Shown in pieces: positions 1 to 10,485 of a DNA stretch of 64,000 nt. The stretch is from an uncultured bacterium. Lineage in GTDB: Bacteria; Patescibacteriota; Minisyncoccia; Phycocordibacterales; GWA1-40-21. The notes beneath the pieces were generated by a model. That model searched no databases and was not told where the DNA came from. It saw nothing but the letters and a program-made list of their open reading frames with translations. Location of the stretch: NCBI GenBank assembly GCA_903831305.1, contig CAIKXE010000005.1, positions 11,288 to 75,287 of the forward strand, in the 5' to 3' direction. Both the position numbers and the translations under genes were made by a program. Each line of letters begins with the position of its first letter. The stretch's first letter is position 1.

Positions 1-878
1 GAGACTTTATTGTACCTTCTCGTGTGATGCCTGGTAACTTTTATGCACTGCCACAGTCTCCTCAGCAGTATAAACAACTCCTAATGGCCGCGGGGATGGA
101 AAAGTATTTTCAATTTGCCCGCTGTTATCGTGATGAGGATAGCCGTGGTGACCGCCAGCCGGAGTTCACCCAGATGGATATGGAAATGAGTTTTGTAAAG
201 CGTGAGGATGTGATGGATGTAAATGAGCGTGCCTTGATTGCTTTGGTCCAAAAGTATTATCCAGAAAAGAAAATCCAAGCTATTCCTTTCCCTCGCCTTA
301 CTTATAAGGAAGCTATGGAGAAGTATGGTTGTGATAAGCCGGATATCAGAGAGGATAAAAATAATCCAGATTTGTTAGCTTTCTGCTGGGTGGTAGACTT
401 TCCGATGTTTGAAAAAACAGATAAAGGGGATTGGACTTTTACCCATAACCCATTTTCTTCACCGACACCGGAGAGCATGCCGGATCTGATGGAGAAGAAA
501 AATATTGAGAACATTTTGACTACTCAGTATGACGTGGCTCTTAACGGTTATGAGGTGGGTGGTGGTAGTATCAGAAATCATCGACCAGAGGCCCTGAGGA
601 AGGTGCTAGAAATCATGAACTTCAATGATGAGAAAATCGAGCGGGAATATGGTCATATGTTGAAATCCTTTTCCTTTGGTGTTCCTCCACACGGTGGTAT
701 GGCTTGGGGCTTTGACCGCTTGATGATGCTACTCCAGAATGAACCAAATATTCGCGAGGTGATTGCCTTTGCTAAAACCGGTGAAGGGGCGGATTTGATG
801 ATGCGAGCCCCGGGAATTATCAAGGACGAGCAGTTATTAGAACTAGGTATCAGTGTAAATAAAAAGATTAAGAAATAA
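1..878 (+). CDS. aspS: Aspartyl-tRNA synthetase, 3' portion. The 5' end lies before the window start; the frame continues upstream of the ORF-track start as DFIVPSRVMPGNFYALPQSPQ.
   Basis: Class II AspRS motifs are present: FYALPQSPQQYKQLLM, FARCYRDEDSRGDRQPEFTQMDMEMSF, GGGSIRNHRPE and GMAWGFDRLMMLL. The reading frame is open from position 3. Confidence 0.9.
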   Translation, partial: DFIVPSRVMPGNFYALPQSPQQYKQLLMAAGMEKYFQFARCYRDEDSRGDRQPEFTQMDMEMSFVKREDVMDVNERALIALVQKYYPEKKIQAIPFPRLTYKEAMEKYGCDKPDIREDKNNPDLLAFCWVVDFPMFEKTDKGDWTFTHNPFSSPTPESMPDLMEKKNIENILTTQYDVALNGYEVGGGSIRNHRPEALRKVLEIMNFNDEKIEREYGHMLKSFSFGVPPHGGMAWGFDRLMMLLQNEPNIREVIAFAKTGEGADLMMRAPGIIKDEQLLELGISVNKKIKK

Positions 879-903
879 TTGTAAAAAGTGCTACAATAGA
901 TAA

Positions 904-1638
904 ATGCCCGAAAATGTTTTTAAAATAAAAACGGAGGTGTTTGAGGGTCCGTTGGACTTGCTATTAAGCTTGATTGAAAAGCGGAAACTTTTTATCAATG
1001 ATATTGCCCTTTCCAAGGTGGCGGATGACTATATTGCCTATCTCCAGAGTCTGGACAAATTTCCGATCGCAGACAGTGCTGATTTTCTCGTCATCGCCTC
1101 CACCTTACTCTTGATCAAATCACGTTCGCTTTTGCCTAATTTGAGTTTGACTGAGGATGAGCAGAAAGATATCGGTGATCTGGAACGTAGGTTAAAGATA
1201 TATCAGAGGATAAAGGAGCTTTCTATCCATATCAAAAATCAGTTTGGTAAGGAAATTATCTTTACCGCTGAGCCCAGGAAAATGCTTCCAGTTTTTTCTC
1301 CAGATCAAACCATGACCAAGGAGAATTTTTTAACCGCCATCATGTCTGTAATCAAAGCTTTACCTAAGGCTGCGGAAAATATTCCCAAGGCTGTAGTTCG
1401 GAAAGTAGTGAGCCTGGAAGAGATGATTGGTAACCTCACCCAGCGGATTCAGAGTAGCATCAAACTATCCTTCCGCGAGTTTGCTAAAGTTGGCAAAGAA
1501 GAGCGAGTCAATGTTATAATAAGCTTTCTCGCAATGCTAGAATTAGTGAAGCAGGGGATTGTGAACGTCAGACAAAACAACGAGTTTGAGGATATCGAGA
1601 TGGAGACGCAAACCACGGGTTTACCACATTATAATTAA
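904..1638 (+). CDS. scpA: Segregation and condensation protein A (kleisin ScpA)
   Basis: N-terminal LDLLLSLIEKRKLFINDIALSKVADDYIAYL is the ScpA signature. Length is 244 aa and scpB follows immediately. Confidence 0.8.
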   Translation: MPENVFKIKTEVFEGPLDLLLSLIEKRKLFINDIALSKVADDYIAYLQSLDKFPIADSADFLVIASTLLLIKSRSLLPNLSLTEDEQKDIGDLERRLKIYQRIKELSIHIKNQFGKEIIFTAEPRKMLPVFSPDQTMTKENFLTAIMSVIKALPKAAENIPKAVVRKVVSLEEMIGNLTQRIQSSIKLSFREFAKVGKEERVNVIISFLAMLELVKQGIVNVRQNNEFEDIEMETQTTGLPHYN

Positions 1639-1677
1639 TAATACTGATATTTTTATGAAAAATAATAAAATAAATAA

Positions 1678-2304
1678 ATGGAAAATAAAGAATTAACATT
1701 AGACAGTCAGATTGAAGCCATCCTATTTTGGAAAGGGGAGCCACAGTCCATAAAAAAGCTGGCAGGTAATTTAAATAAAACAGAAGAAGAGATTAAAGCT
1801 GGACTAGAGGTGTTAAAAGGGAAAATCACCGGGCGGGGAGTGGAGCTTGTTTTTAATAATGATGAAGTGATGCTCGGCACCGCCTCTAAACTCTCACCAG
1901 TTATTGAGCATTTGACCAAGGAGGAATTGGTACGGGATTTAGGTAAGGCCGGCTTGGAGACTATTTCTATAATTGCTTATAAGGGCCCCGTCTCCCGTGC
2001 AGAGATAGATTATATCCGTGGCGTCCAATCAAATTTTATTTTACGTAATTTGCAGATTCGCGGTCTAGTGGAAAAGATTACTAATGAAAAGGATCACCGC
2101 AGTTTCCTTTATCGTCCCACTTTTGAGCTGTTACAATTCCTGGGCGTATCTAGAATAGAGGACTTACCGGAATATGATAAAGTGAAAGCTGAATTTGAGC
2201 AGAATCTGGCTGATAATAAACCTGTGGAGGTAGAGGCAAAGGTGGAAGTAGATAGCACCTTAGAGGAAGAGCCTGATGCCGAAAGTCTTAATAACAATAT
2301 TTAA
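1678..2304 (+). CDS. scpB: Segregation and condensation protein B (ScpB) with an acidic C-terminal tail
   Basis: EAILFWKGEPQSIKKLA and IAYKGPVSRAEIDYIRGV match the ScpB winged-helix repeats. Its stop overlaps the next start (TAATG at 2302-2306). Confidence 0.75.
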   Translation: MENKELTLDSQIEAILFWKGEPQSIKKLAGNLNKTEEEIKAGLEVLKGKITGRGVELVFNNDEVMLGTASKLSPVIEHLTKEELVRDLGKAGLETISIIAYKGPVSRAEIDYIRGVQSNFILRNLQIRGLVEKITNEKDHRSFLYRPTFELLQFLGVSRIEDLPEYDKVKAEFEQNLADNKPVEVEAKVEVDSTLEEEPDAESLNNNI

Positions 2305-3272
2305 TGCCGTCAGATATTTCAAAAAAAGAAAAGATTTTGGCATTACTGACTGTGTTCGGACTTTTTTCAGCGGTTGGTCTTTTGCTTTTTGCTATTAGTT
2401 ATAATAACAAAGTAAAGACGGATATTCTTAATATTAAGGCCAAGCATAATCAATCCGTAATCACCGCCACAAAAAAACTAGAAGCAGTTCAGTATAATCA
2501 AAGTACCAGCACGGAGTCAGCACTCACAGCCAAGTCATATATCACCGTGGCGGTGGGTGGTGAAAACGTAAAAAAAATATTAGCCGAAAAAAATCCTAAT
2601 CAATTGTTACCAATTGCAAGTATTACCAAGCTTGTGGTAGCGCTTGTAGCTCTAGATAATCTGGATCCTGAGACCAAGATTACCGCTACGCTAGATTATA
2701 TTGGAAAAGAGGAAAGTGCTTTTGTTGTTGAAACAGATAGGACATACACGGTCATGGAGCTCTTATCTAATGCCCTTGTTTCTTCTGACAATGATTCGGC
2801 TCGGCTACTCGCGAGTGCCCTTGGTGAAAACAACTTTATTTCTAAAATGAATGCTAAAGCAGTAGAATTAGGCTTGAACAAGACTCACTATGTGAATGTC
2901 ACTGGCCTGGATCCTCTTGACCAAGCTCAGGGTATAAATGTCTCCACCGTTACAGATCTAGTGAATCTAGTAATCTATATCATGAGAAATAAACCAGGGA
3001 TTTTTGATATAACAGCCAAGACGGAGTATAACTTTTGTGATACGCTAAATTATTGCAAACCGGTACTGAGCACGGATAAGCTTTTGGTGGACACCAGCCT
3101 TCCATATAGAATTATTGGTGGTAAAACCGGTAGCACTGATTTGGCCCAAAAGAATTTGATTTTAGTGACAGAATTAACTGCTGATTTATTTTTAGTAAAT
3201 GTTGTTTTAGGTTCTTCTGATAATTTTATTGATACCAAAGCCCTTATTAGCCAAGTTATAATAAATAATTAA
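2304..3272 (+). CDS. Serine-type D-alanyl-D-alanine carboxypeptidase (PBP5/DacA-like), membrane anchored
   Basis: Contains SxxK (SITK), SxN (SSDNDSA) and KTG (GGKTGST) active-site motifs, plus an N-terminal TM helix. Confidence 0.75.
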   Translation: MPSDISKKEKILALLTVFGLFSAVGLLLFAISYNNKVKTDILNIKAKHNQSVITATKKLEAVQYNQSTSTESALTAKSYITVAVGGENVKKILAEKNPNQLLPIASITKLVVALVALDNLDPETKITATLDYIGKEESAFVVETDRTYTVMELLSNALVSSDNDSARLLASALGENNFISKMNAKAVELGLNKTHYVNVTGLDPLDQAQGINVSTVTDLVNLVIYIMRNKPGIFDITAKTEYNFCDTLNYCKPVLSTDKLLVDTSLPYRIIGGKTGSTDLAQKNLILVTELTADLFLVNVVLGSSDNFIDTKALISQVIINN

Positions 3273-4319
3273 ATGGATATAGTAAAAATCTTTGTTCCTA
3301 CCACCATAGCCTTTATCATCGGTATTCTCATCACCCCAATCCTCAGTGGTTATTTATACCGAAATAAAATGTGGAAGAAAAAGAGTGTGGTGGTAGCCAC
3401 GGATGGTGGAGTAGCCACCCTGACTCAGAAGCTTCACAATGATGAGGAAAAGAAAACTCCGCGCATGGGTGGAATATTGATTTGGCTATCCGCCCTTATC
3501 ACCATCGCTATTTTCTTTTTTGCCTCTATGTTTGATGGCCCTACTTTAGCTAAATTAAACTTTCTCAGTCGTAATCAGACCTGGTTACCACTCTTTACTC
3601 TGATTCTTGGTGCTTTAGTGGGCCTGGTGGATGATTACTTTAGTGTCACCGAGCGTTATGATCAAAAGGCCGGTGGTTTATCCTCCAAAAAGAGACTGTT
3701 GGCAGTTTTTATCATCTCGCTCATCGGCGCCTGGTGGTTTTATAGTAAACTAGAAGTGACTGAAATTATTATTCCTTTTGTGGGTATTTGGGATGCGGGT
3801 TTCCTCTTTATTTTCTTTTTTATTATTGTAATGCTCGGTACCTATTCCGGTGGGGTAATAGATGGTTTAGATGGTCTCTCGGGCGGGGTCTTCAGTATCA
3901 TTTTTAGCGCTTATGGGGCGATTGCTTTTCTAGGTAATCAGATTGACCTAGCGGCTTTTTGTTTTGTTCTAGTTGGTGGCCTTTTGGCTTTTCTCTGGTT
4001 CAATATTCCACCCGCCCGCTTTTATATGTCGGAGACGGGGACCATGTCCCTCACTATCACCCTGGTGGTGGTGGCTTTCCTCACCAAACAAGTCCTGATT
4101 CTCCCTATCATCGCTTTTCCTCTAGTCGTTTCTTCTGGCTCAAGCATTATTCAGCTTTTATCTAAAAAGTTTCGTAATGGCAAGAAAGTTTTCCTCGTTG
4201 CCCCACTGCACCACCATTTCCAAGCCCTGGGTTGGCCCGCCACTAAAGTAGTGATGCGTTACTGGGTCGCTGGCATCATCTTCGCCGCCCTCGGTATCAT
4301 CATCGCCTTGATTGGATAA
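3273..4319 (+). CDS. mraY: Phospho-N-acetylmuramoyl-pentapeptide transferase MraY
   Basis: Multi-TM protein. VAPLHHHFQALGWPATKVVMRYW matches the MraY HHH motif region, and DDxxS/G(LVDDYFSV) is present. Confidence 0.85.
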   Translation: MDIVKIFVPTTIAFIIGILITPILSGYLYRNKMWKKKSVVVATDGGVATLTQKLHNDEEKKTPRMGGILIWLSALITIAIFFFASMFDGPTLAKLNFLSRNQTWLPLFTLILGALVGLVDDYFSVTERYDQKAGGLSSKKRLLAVFIISLIGAWWFYSKLEVTEIIIPFVGIWDAGFLFIFFFIIVMLGTYSGGVIDGLDGLSGGVFSIIFSAYGAIAFLGNQIDLAAFCFVLVGGLLAFLWFNIPPARFYMSETGTMSLTITLVVVAFLTKQVLILPIIAFPLVVSSGSSIIQLLSKKFRNGKKVFLVAPLHHHFQALGWPATKVVMRYWVAGIIFAALGIIIALIG

Positions 4320-4322
4320 TTT

Positions 4323-5426
4323 ATGCCGAAAAAAGTAGATAAAACATTTTTAATTTCGTTTTTTGCCCTACTCATCAGTGGCTTGGTGATTTTTATTTCT
4401 GCCTCGCTCGGTATTTATGCCCGGGACAATGCCAAGTTTACTTCTATCATCTTTAGTCAAATTTTCATCGGACTTTTTATGGGGCTTATTGCTTGCTTTA
4501 TCGTTTCCAAAATCAATTATAGGTACTGGCGTAAATTTTCCTTTTATATTTTCTTATTGTCAGTTGGCGCCACCCTCTTGGTCTTTATCCCAGGTGTTGG
4601 TGTTTCCCACGGTGGAGCTACTCGCTGGATTTATATTGGTAATATGTCTTTCCAACCATTAGAGCTTCTGAAAATTGGCTACATTATTTATTGGGCAGCG
4701 TGGATCGGTGAGGTAAAAGAGAGAATCCAAACTATTCGTTGGGGGCTTTTACCTTTTATGATTATTACCGGTATCGTCGGTGTGGTACTACTCTTACAGC
4801 CAGACACGGATTCATTTGTTATTATTTTTTCAGTCGGCTTGGGTATGTATCTGGTAGGGGGTGGTAAGTGGCGTCATATCTTTTCCATTATCATTATCGG
4901 CTTCATCGGTGTCTCCGCGCTCTTTTTTATGCGTCCATACTTACTGGACCGGTTGATGACCTTTATCAACCCGGCTGATAATCCACTCACCTCTGGTTAT
5001 CAGATCCAGCAGTCACTCATCGCCGTGGGTTCCGGTGAATTATTTGGCCGAGGCTTGGGCCAAAGCATCCAGAAATTTAAATATCTGCCAGAGTCCATCG
5101 GTGACGCCATCTTTCCCATTGCGGCTGAGGAGTTTGGCTTTATTGGGGGTATTATTATTATTTTTCTCTTTCTTTTTTTTATTTCTCAAGGGCTCAAAAT
5201 CGGCGGGGGAGCACCAGACTCATTTAGTGGACTTTTAGTCATCGGAATTGCTATACTTATAACCATCCAGTCATTTATAAACATTGCCTCAATGATTGGC
5301 GTCATACCGCTTTCAGGCTCACCTTTGATCTTCTTTAGCCAGGGGGGGACTGCCTTGTTTTTTACCTTGGCGGAAATAGGTATGATTATAAATGTATCCA
5401 GAAGTAAAAAATTATTAACTAGCTAA
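4323..5426 (+). CDS. ftsW: SEDS-family peptidoglycan glycosyltransferase FtsW/RodA
   Basis: Roughly ten TM helices. IAVGSGELFGRGLGQSIQKFKYLPESIGDAIFPIAAEEFGFIGG is the conserved SEDS periplasmic loop. Confidence 0.85.
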   Translation: MPKKVDKTFLISFFALLISGLVIFISASLGIYARDNAKFTSIIFSQIFIGLFMGLIACFIVSKINYRYWRKFSFYIFLLSVGATLLVFIPGVGVSHGGATRWIYIGNMSFQPLELLKIGYIIYWAAWIGEVKERIQTIRWGLLPFMIITGIVGVVLLLQPDTDSFVIIFSVGLGMYLVGGGKWRHIFSIIIIGFIGVSALFFMRPYLLDRLMTFINPADNPLTSGYQIQQSLIAVGSGELFGRGLGQSIQKFKYLPESIGDAIFPIAAEEFGFIGGIIIIFLFLFFISQGLKIGGGAPDSFSGLLVIGIAILITIQSFINIASMIGVIPLSGSPLIFFSQGGTALFFTLAEIGMIINVSRSKKLLTS

Positions 5427-5440
5427 TTTAATATTATCAG

Positions 5441-6571
5441 ATGAAAATATTATTGACCGGTGGGGGATCAGGGGGACACTTTTATCCGCTTATTGCCGTA
5501 GCCGAGGCGATAAATGATATCAGTAAAAAGGAAAACCTCGTTTCCGCTGATTTGTATTTTATGTCTGATAGTTCTTATGATGCTGAGGCTTTGATAGAAA
5601 ATAATATTACTTTTATCTCCATCCCCGCCGGTAAAATCAGGCGTTATGCTTCTATCTTAAACTTTTTTGATATTTTTAAAACTATCTACGGCTCACTTGT
5701 AGCCCTAAAAAAGGTTTTCAGCCTTTACCCAGATGTCATCTTTAGCAAAGGCGCTTATGCCAGTTTCCCTGTTTTGTTGGCGGCCAGATTATTACGAATC
5801 CCGGTGATTATCCATGAATCAGACAGTGTACCTGGTAAAACGAACCTTTGGGCGTCTAAATTTGCTAGAAAAATAGCTATTTCCTATCCAGATTCGGCTA
5901 AATATTTTGCCCAGGCAGATAAAGTAGCCTATACCGGTAATCCTTTGAGGAAATCTGTTCTAAATATCAGCCGGTCTGGGGCACATGAATTTTTTGGTTT
6001 AGAGAAAAGTATACCCACTATTTTAATTATCGGTGGGTCACTTGGGGCCAGATTGATCAATGAGCGCATCCTAGATGCCCTGCCAAAGCTCATTGAACGT
6101 TATCAGATCATCCACCAAACCGGTAAGGCCAACGTAAAAGAAGTATCCGAGACTTCTAAAATTATCATCGGTGAAAATACCAATAAAGAGCGTTACCATA
6201 TTTTTGATTATCTTAATGATTTGAATCTGACCATGGCGGCCGGTGCCGCTGATCTGATTATTTCTCGAGCGGGTTCCACTATCTTTGAGATAGCCTCTTG
6301 GGGTATACCCAGTATTGTCATTCCAATCACGGAGACAAATGGTGATCATCAACGCATAAATGCCTATGCTTTTGCCAGAAGTGGAGCTTCCTCAGTAGTA
6401 GAAGAGGCTAATTTGACCACCAATGTCCTGATTACGGAGATTGACCGCGTTTTACAAGATCAAGCCCTCCGTGACCGGATGTCCACCGCGGCCAAGAGCT
6501 TTACCCACCCGGATGCTGCTACCAAGATTGCCCAAGAGCTTATCAATATTGCCTTAACCCACGAAGAATAA
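5441..6571 (+). CDS. murG: UDP-GlcNAc:undecaprenyl-PP-MurNAc-pentapeptide GlcNAc transferase MurG
   Basis: N-terminal MKILLTGGGSGGHFYPLIAVAEA G-loop and a GT28 C-terminal domain. Confidence 0.85.
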   Translation: MKILLTGGGSGGHFYPLIAVAEAINDISKKENLVSADLYFMSDSSYDAEALIENNITFISIPAGKIRRYASILNFFDIFKTIYGSLVALKKVFSLYPDVIFSKGAYASFPVLLAARLLRIPVIIHESDSVPGKTNLWASKFARKIAISYPDSAKYFAQADKVAYTGNPLRKSVLNISRSGAHEFFGLEKSIPTILIIGGSLGARLINERILDALPKLIERYQIIHQTGKANVKEVSETSKIIIGENTNKERYHIFDYLNDLNLTMAAGAADLIISRAGSTIFEIASWGIPSIVIPITETNGDHQRINAYAFARSGASSVVEEANLTTNVLITEIDRVLQDQALRDRMSTAAKSFTHPDAATKIAQELINIALTHEE

Positions 6572-6572
6572 A

Positions 6573-7925
6573 ATGTCTGAAAATATCCCAAGTAAAATAA
6601 TTACTAGATTTCCACCAAGCCCCACTGGCTGGTTTCATATTGGTAATGCCCGTACCGCTTTATTTAATTATTTTTTCACCAAAAAAAATAACGGCACATT
6701 AAAATTCAGACTGGAAGATACTGATAGAGAGAGATCAAAACCAGAATATGCTGATGATATTGTGAGCGGACTAAAATGGCTTGGTGTAGATATTGATTAT
6801 ACGAATCCCTATAAGCAGTCTGAAAATGGTGACAAATACAAAAAATATTTAGACTTAATGCTTAAGAACGGCTCGGCTTATATTTCTCAGGAAGAGGTAA
6901 AGGAAGAAGGGCAGAGGGCTGAGGTGATTCGTATTAAAAACCAAAATAAAAAGATAAAATACATTGACATTATCCGCGGGGAGATTGAGGTAGACACCAC
7001 TGAGCTTGAGGACTTTGTTATTGCTAAAAGTGTGACTGAGCCACTTTACCATCTTGCCGTGGTGGTGGATGATTTTGAGATGGGTGTCACTCATGTGATT
7101 CGCGGTGAAGATGGTATTTACAATACCCCAAGGCAGATCCTGATTCAGGAGGCTATTGGTGCACCAAGACCTATCTATGCCCATATGCCGTTTATATTAA
7201 ATGAGGATCGATCAAAACTGTCCAAACGTAAGCAGGGTGAATTAGTCTCTCTCACTTATTATCGTAATGCCGGCTACTTACCGGAAGCGATGGTGAATTT
7301 TTTGGCCTTCTGTGGCTGGAATCCTGGTGGAGAACAAGAGATACTTTCCATGACCGAGCTCATTGAAAAGTTTGACATTATGAAAGTCCAAAAATCGGGA
7401 GCTATCTTTAATAAAGAAAAACTACTCTGGTTTAATAAGGAATATATCAAAAGGCTACCAGCCGAGAGACTAGAGAGAGAAATTACCGCTAGATTGGATA
7501 AGAAATACACCTACACCAAAGAGCTGTTAAATAAAATAATCCATATCATCACCGAGCGCATAAACACTTTTGGTGAATTAGAAAAATATGTGGAAACAGG
7601 GGAGTTTGATTACTTTTTTATTGCCCCTAAGCCAGTGAAAGAAATGCTGATTTGGAAAAAAGATACTAACTTTTCTATTCCTAAAAATAATTTAAAGAAG
7701 GTTCTAGAAATGATCAAGGATATTTCTGAAGCTGATTTTACTGAGGAAAAACTCAAGACCATTTTAATGCCCAAGGCGGAGGAACTCGGAAAGGGGAGTG
7801 TGCTCTGGCCTCTGCGGGTGGCCCTCTCCGGCCGGGACAGGTCCCCTGACCCTTTTACCTTACTTTCTATCCTCGGTAGGGCAGAGTCACTCACTAGAAT
7901 TCAAACAGCCATAAATCTGCTATAA
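6573..7925 (+). CDS. gltX: Glutamyl-tRNA synthetase
   Basis: HIGH region (PSPTGWFHIGNARTALFNYFF) and KMSKS-like LSKRKQG match class I GluRS. Confidence 0.85.
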   Translation: MSENIPSKIITRFPPSPTGWFHIGNARTALFNYFFTKKNNGTLKFRLEDTDRERSKPEYADDIVSGLKWLGVDIDYTNPYKQSENGDKYKKYLDLMLKNGSAYISQEEVKEEGQRAEVIRIKNQNKKIKYIDIIRGEIEVDTTELEDFVIAKSVTEPLYHLAVVVDDFEMGVTHVIRGEDGIYNTPRQILIQEAIGAPRPIYAHMPFILNEDRSKLSKRKQGELVSLTYYRNAGYLPEAMVNFLAFCGWNPGGEQEILSMTELIEKFDIMKVQKSGAIFNKEKLLWFNKEYIKRLPAERLEREITARLDKKYTYTKELLNKIIHIITERINTFGELEKYVETGEFDYFFIAPKPVKEMLIWKKDTNFSIPKNNLKKVLEMIKDISEADFTEEKLKTILMPKAEELGKGSVLWPLRVALSGRDRSPDPFTLLSILGRAESLTRIQTAINLL

Positions 7926-7933
7926 TATATAGC

Positions 7934-9208
7934 ATGCTCCGCAAAGTTTATAGTTATAGCATTTTACTTTCTATTTTTTTCGGTATTTTTATTTGTGCTG
8001 TTTTTGTGACTCAAGCTGAGACCATTGATCAGATTCAGGATAAAATCGATACTGCCAATAAAAATCGTGCCGCCCTAGAAAAAGAGATTGCCAAATATCA
8101 GGATCAGCTTAAAACTATAAGTAGCCAAGCGGTGACTCTGCAGAGTACTATCAAGTCACTAGATGTGTCTACTAGTAAAATCACTACTGAAGTAAAACTG
8201 GTAGAAAATAATATTGATAAAACCGCCTATACTATAGAAGACACTGGGCTAGAAATAAAAAATAGGGAAAAACAAATCTACATGGGCAATCTAGCTATTA
8301 TTGAGGATTTGAAGCTGATCAATGAGGCGGATAACCAAAGTGTTTTAGAAATATTGCTATCAAATCAAGACCTATCAGCCTTCTGGACTGATATGGAGGA
8401 TATTATTCAAGTACAGTCTAAAATAGGTGATCAAGTCAGTAATGTAAAAAATATTAAAGTTAATTTAGAAAAGGCAAAAGCAAATTTAGTACAAAAGAAA
8501 AATGAACTTGAGCAATACAATAAAGAGCTAAATGATAAAAAATCAGTATTGCAATCCACCAAAAAAGAAAAAAGCACTTTACTTACAGCTACTAAGAGTA
8601 CCGAGGCTAACTATCAAAAAATTCTTAAAGACAAACTGGCACTAAAACAAGCCTTGGATCAGGAAATAAACAGCTTTGAGTCCCAGCTTAAAATGATCAT
8701 TGATCCCAAGAGCTTTCCACCGGCTGGCAAAGGGATCCTAGCTTGGCCGCTGGATAACATTTTTATTACTCAAAATTTTGGTAAAACCACTGATTCTGGG
8801 CGTTTATATGTGAGTGGCACACATAACGGTGTAGACTTTAGAGCCTCCATCGGTACCGCCGTCAAATCCGCTGGCAATGGGGTGGTTGAGGGGACAGGGA
8901 ACACTGACACGGTTTGTCCGGGCGCCTCCTATGGCAAGTGGGTCTTTATTCGTTATGATAATGGTCTAGCGAGCGTTTATGGTCACTTCTCAGTTGTCTC
9001 TGCTAAGGCTGGCGACCGAGTCAAGACTGGTGACGTAGTCGGCTATTCAGGTAATACTGGTTACTCCACTGGTCCACATTTACATATGGGAGTCTATGCT
9101 GGTCAAGGAGTAAAGATCTCGTCACTTAAAAGCACCGTCTGCAAGGGAACCTACACCATACCGGTAGCTGACCTCAAGGCCTATCTGGATCCGCTAGTTT
9201 ACCTTTAG
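7934..9208 (+). CDS. Coiled-coil M23 metallopeptidase (EnvC-like murein hydrolase/activator)
   Basis: Signal/TM peptide followed by a long coiled-coil. C-terminal HNGVDF...GPHLHMGVY are the M23 HxxxD and HxH motifs. Confidence 0.75.
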   Translation: MLRKVYSYSILLSIFFGIFICAVFVTQAETIDQIQDKIDTANKNRAALEKEIAKYQDQLKTISSQAVTLQSTIKSLDVSTSKITTEVKLVENNIDKTAYTIEDTGLEIKNREKQIYMGNLAIIEDLKLINEADNQSVLEILLSNQDLSAFWTDMEDIIQVQSKIGDQVSNVKNIKVNLEKAKANLVQKKNELEQYNKELNDKKSVLQSTKKEKSTLLTATKSTEANYQKILKDKLALKQALDQEINSFESQLKMIIDPKSFPPAGKGILAWPLDNIFITQNFGKTTDSGRLYVSGTHNGVDFRASIGTAVKSAGNGVVEGTGNTDTVCPGASYGKWVFIRYDNGLASVYGHFSVVSAKAGDRVKTGDVVGYSGNTGYSTGPHLHMGVYAGQGVKISSLKSTVCKGTYTIPVADLKAYLDPLVYL

Positions 9209-9233
9209 ACCTATATAATTTTTTATTTAAAAG

Positions 9234-9509
9234 ATGTATAATAAAACAGATATGAAAAAATTTAAAAACAGGCAAGGTGGATTAGTAAAACTAATCATCC
9301 TAGTGATCATAGCGATCGCTGTTTTGAGCTACTATGGGGTGGACATCAAAGAATTTGTAACCTCACCTCAGGTTCAAAAGAATTTTGGCTATGTCGGAAA
9401 CTTTATCAAAGGAATCTGGAGTGATTACTTAGCTAGTCCAGCCGGCAAGGTGTGGGACCTATGGCAAGGCTATGTTTGGACTCCGCTTATAAATATTTTA
9501 AATAAATAA
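9234..9509 (+). CDS. Small membrane protein, hypothetical
   Basis: 91-aa ORF with one TM helix (LVKLIILVIIAIAVLSYYG). Intergenic context fits a short gene. Confidence 0.4.
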   Translation: MYNKTDMKKFKNRQGGLVKLIILVIIAIAVLSYYGVDIKEFVTSPQVQKNFGYVGNFIKGIWSDYLASPAGKVWDLWQGYVWTPLINILNK

Positions 9510-9743
9510 ATTTATGCCACCACCAGATGATAATCTTTTAGATATTTTTGGATTTCTAGATGTTTTATTTATAATAATTCTCATTGCCCTTTTCCTCTGG
9601 CAATTTTTTACCTGATCACTAGGGGAGTACTCACTATACTATTCTGGCTATATATTACGTATATAGTGTGTGGAAGATATATTGTGCGACATGGTATTGC
9701 CCGTAAAGCCTTTATCCCCTAACTAATAAGTAGTATGCACAAA

Positions 9744-9778
9744 CAAAAAGCTCACCAGTGATGGTGAGCTTTTTGTTT
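9744..9778. terminator. Bidirectional rho-independent terminator hairpin
   Basis: aaaaaGCTCACCagtgatGGTGAGCtttttgttt: a 7-bp GC stem flanked by an A-run and a T-run, lying between convergent genes. Confidence 0.6.
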
Positions 9779-9782
9779 AATA

Positions 9783-10208
9783 TTATTTTCCTCTCCAACA
9801 TTTAGCTGAGGCACTCCAAGGCTGTGTTCCCTCCTTGTTATACAGGTACTTGGCATAAGCCAGGTTACCATCAACAGTCGTTAGATCAAAACCAAGGTCC
9901 TCTGCCTTCTCACCGTGATAGTATTCATTCACCTGTAAGAGACCGAGATCAGATTTATTGACCTTACCACGTAGGACATCGCCATCCTCGCCATACTGTC
10001 TAAAGCTAGACTCACAACTGGCTATCTCAGCCAAAATCGGAGTTTCTATAAAATATGCCCTCACATAGTCCTCTAGAGTTACCGGATTCTCTACCGGTTG
10101 TCTCTTATGAGTGTTTGCACTATTTTCTACGTCCTGGGCAATGGCCGTACTTGGCCCACCATATATAGACGATGCTAAGAAAAAAATTGCCGTTGTTAAT
10201 TCAATCAT
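9783..10208 (-). CDS. Secreted lysozyme-like / SLT-domain lytic transglycosylase-like protein
   Basis: Signal peptide is present. AEIASCESSFRQY and GLLQVN resemble the SLT catalytic Glu-Ser and GLMQ motifs, followed by AYAKYL. Confidence 0.45.
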   Translation of the reverse strand: MIELTTAIFFLASSIYGGPSTAIAQDVENSANTHKRQPVENPVTLEDYVRAYFIETPILAEIASCESSFRQYGEDGDVLRGKVNKSDLGLLQVNEYYHGEKAEDLGFDLTTVDGNLAYAKYLYNKEGTQPWSASAKCWRGK

Positions 10209-10485
10209 AATTTTTTAATACTTCCCCGTTTTAATTGTAAATTTACACCTCGAGCGGAAAAGTATTTATCCTTTTACCTTTCAGAGACCACCATGACCCC
10301 TAATAAAGTAAAAATCAGAGCTCTCCTCTGACTTCCTATATACTAGCACTTTTTAGTTTTCTTGTCAAGCATTTAACACACAAAAATGACCTAGTCAAAC
10401 AACAAAATAGGCCTTAAAATAAGGCTTATTTCCTTGACAGGCCTTCAATAAAGTGGAGCAGAATATTAGCGGTTTTTACCCTAAA

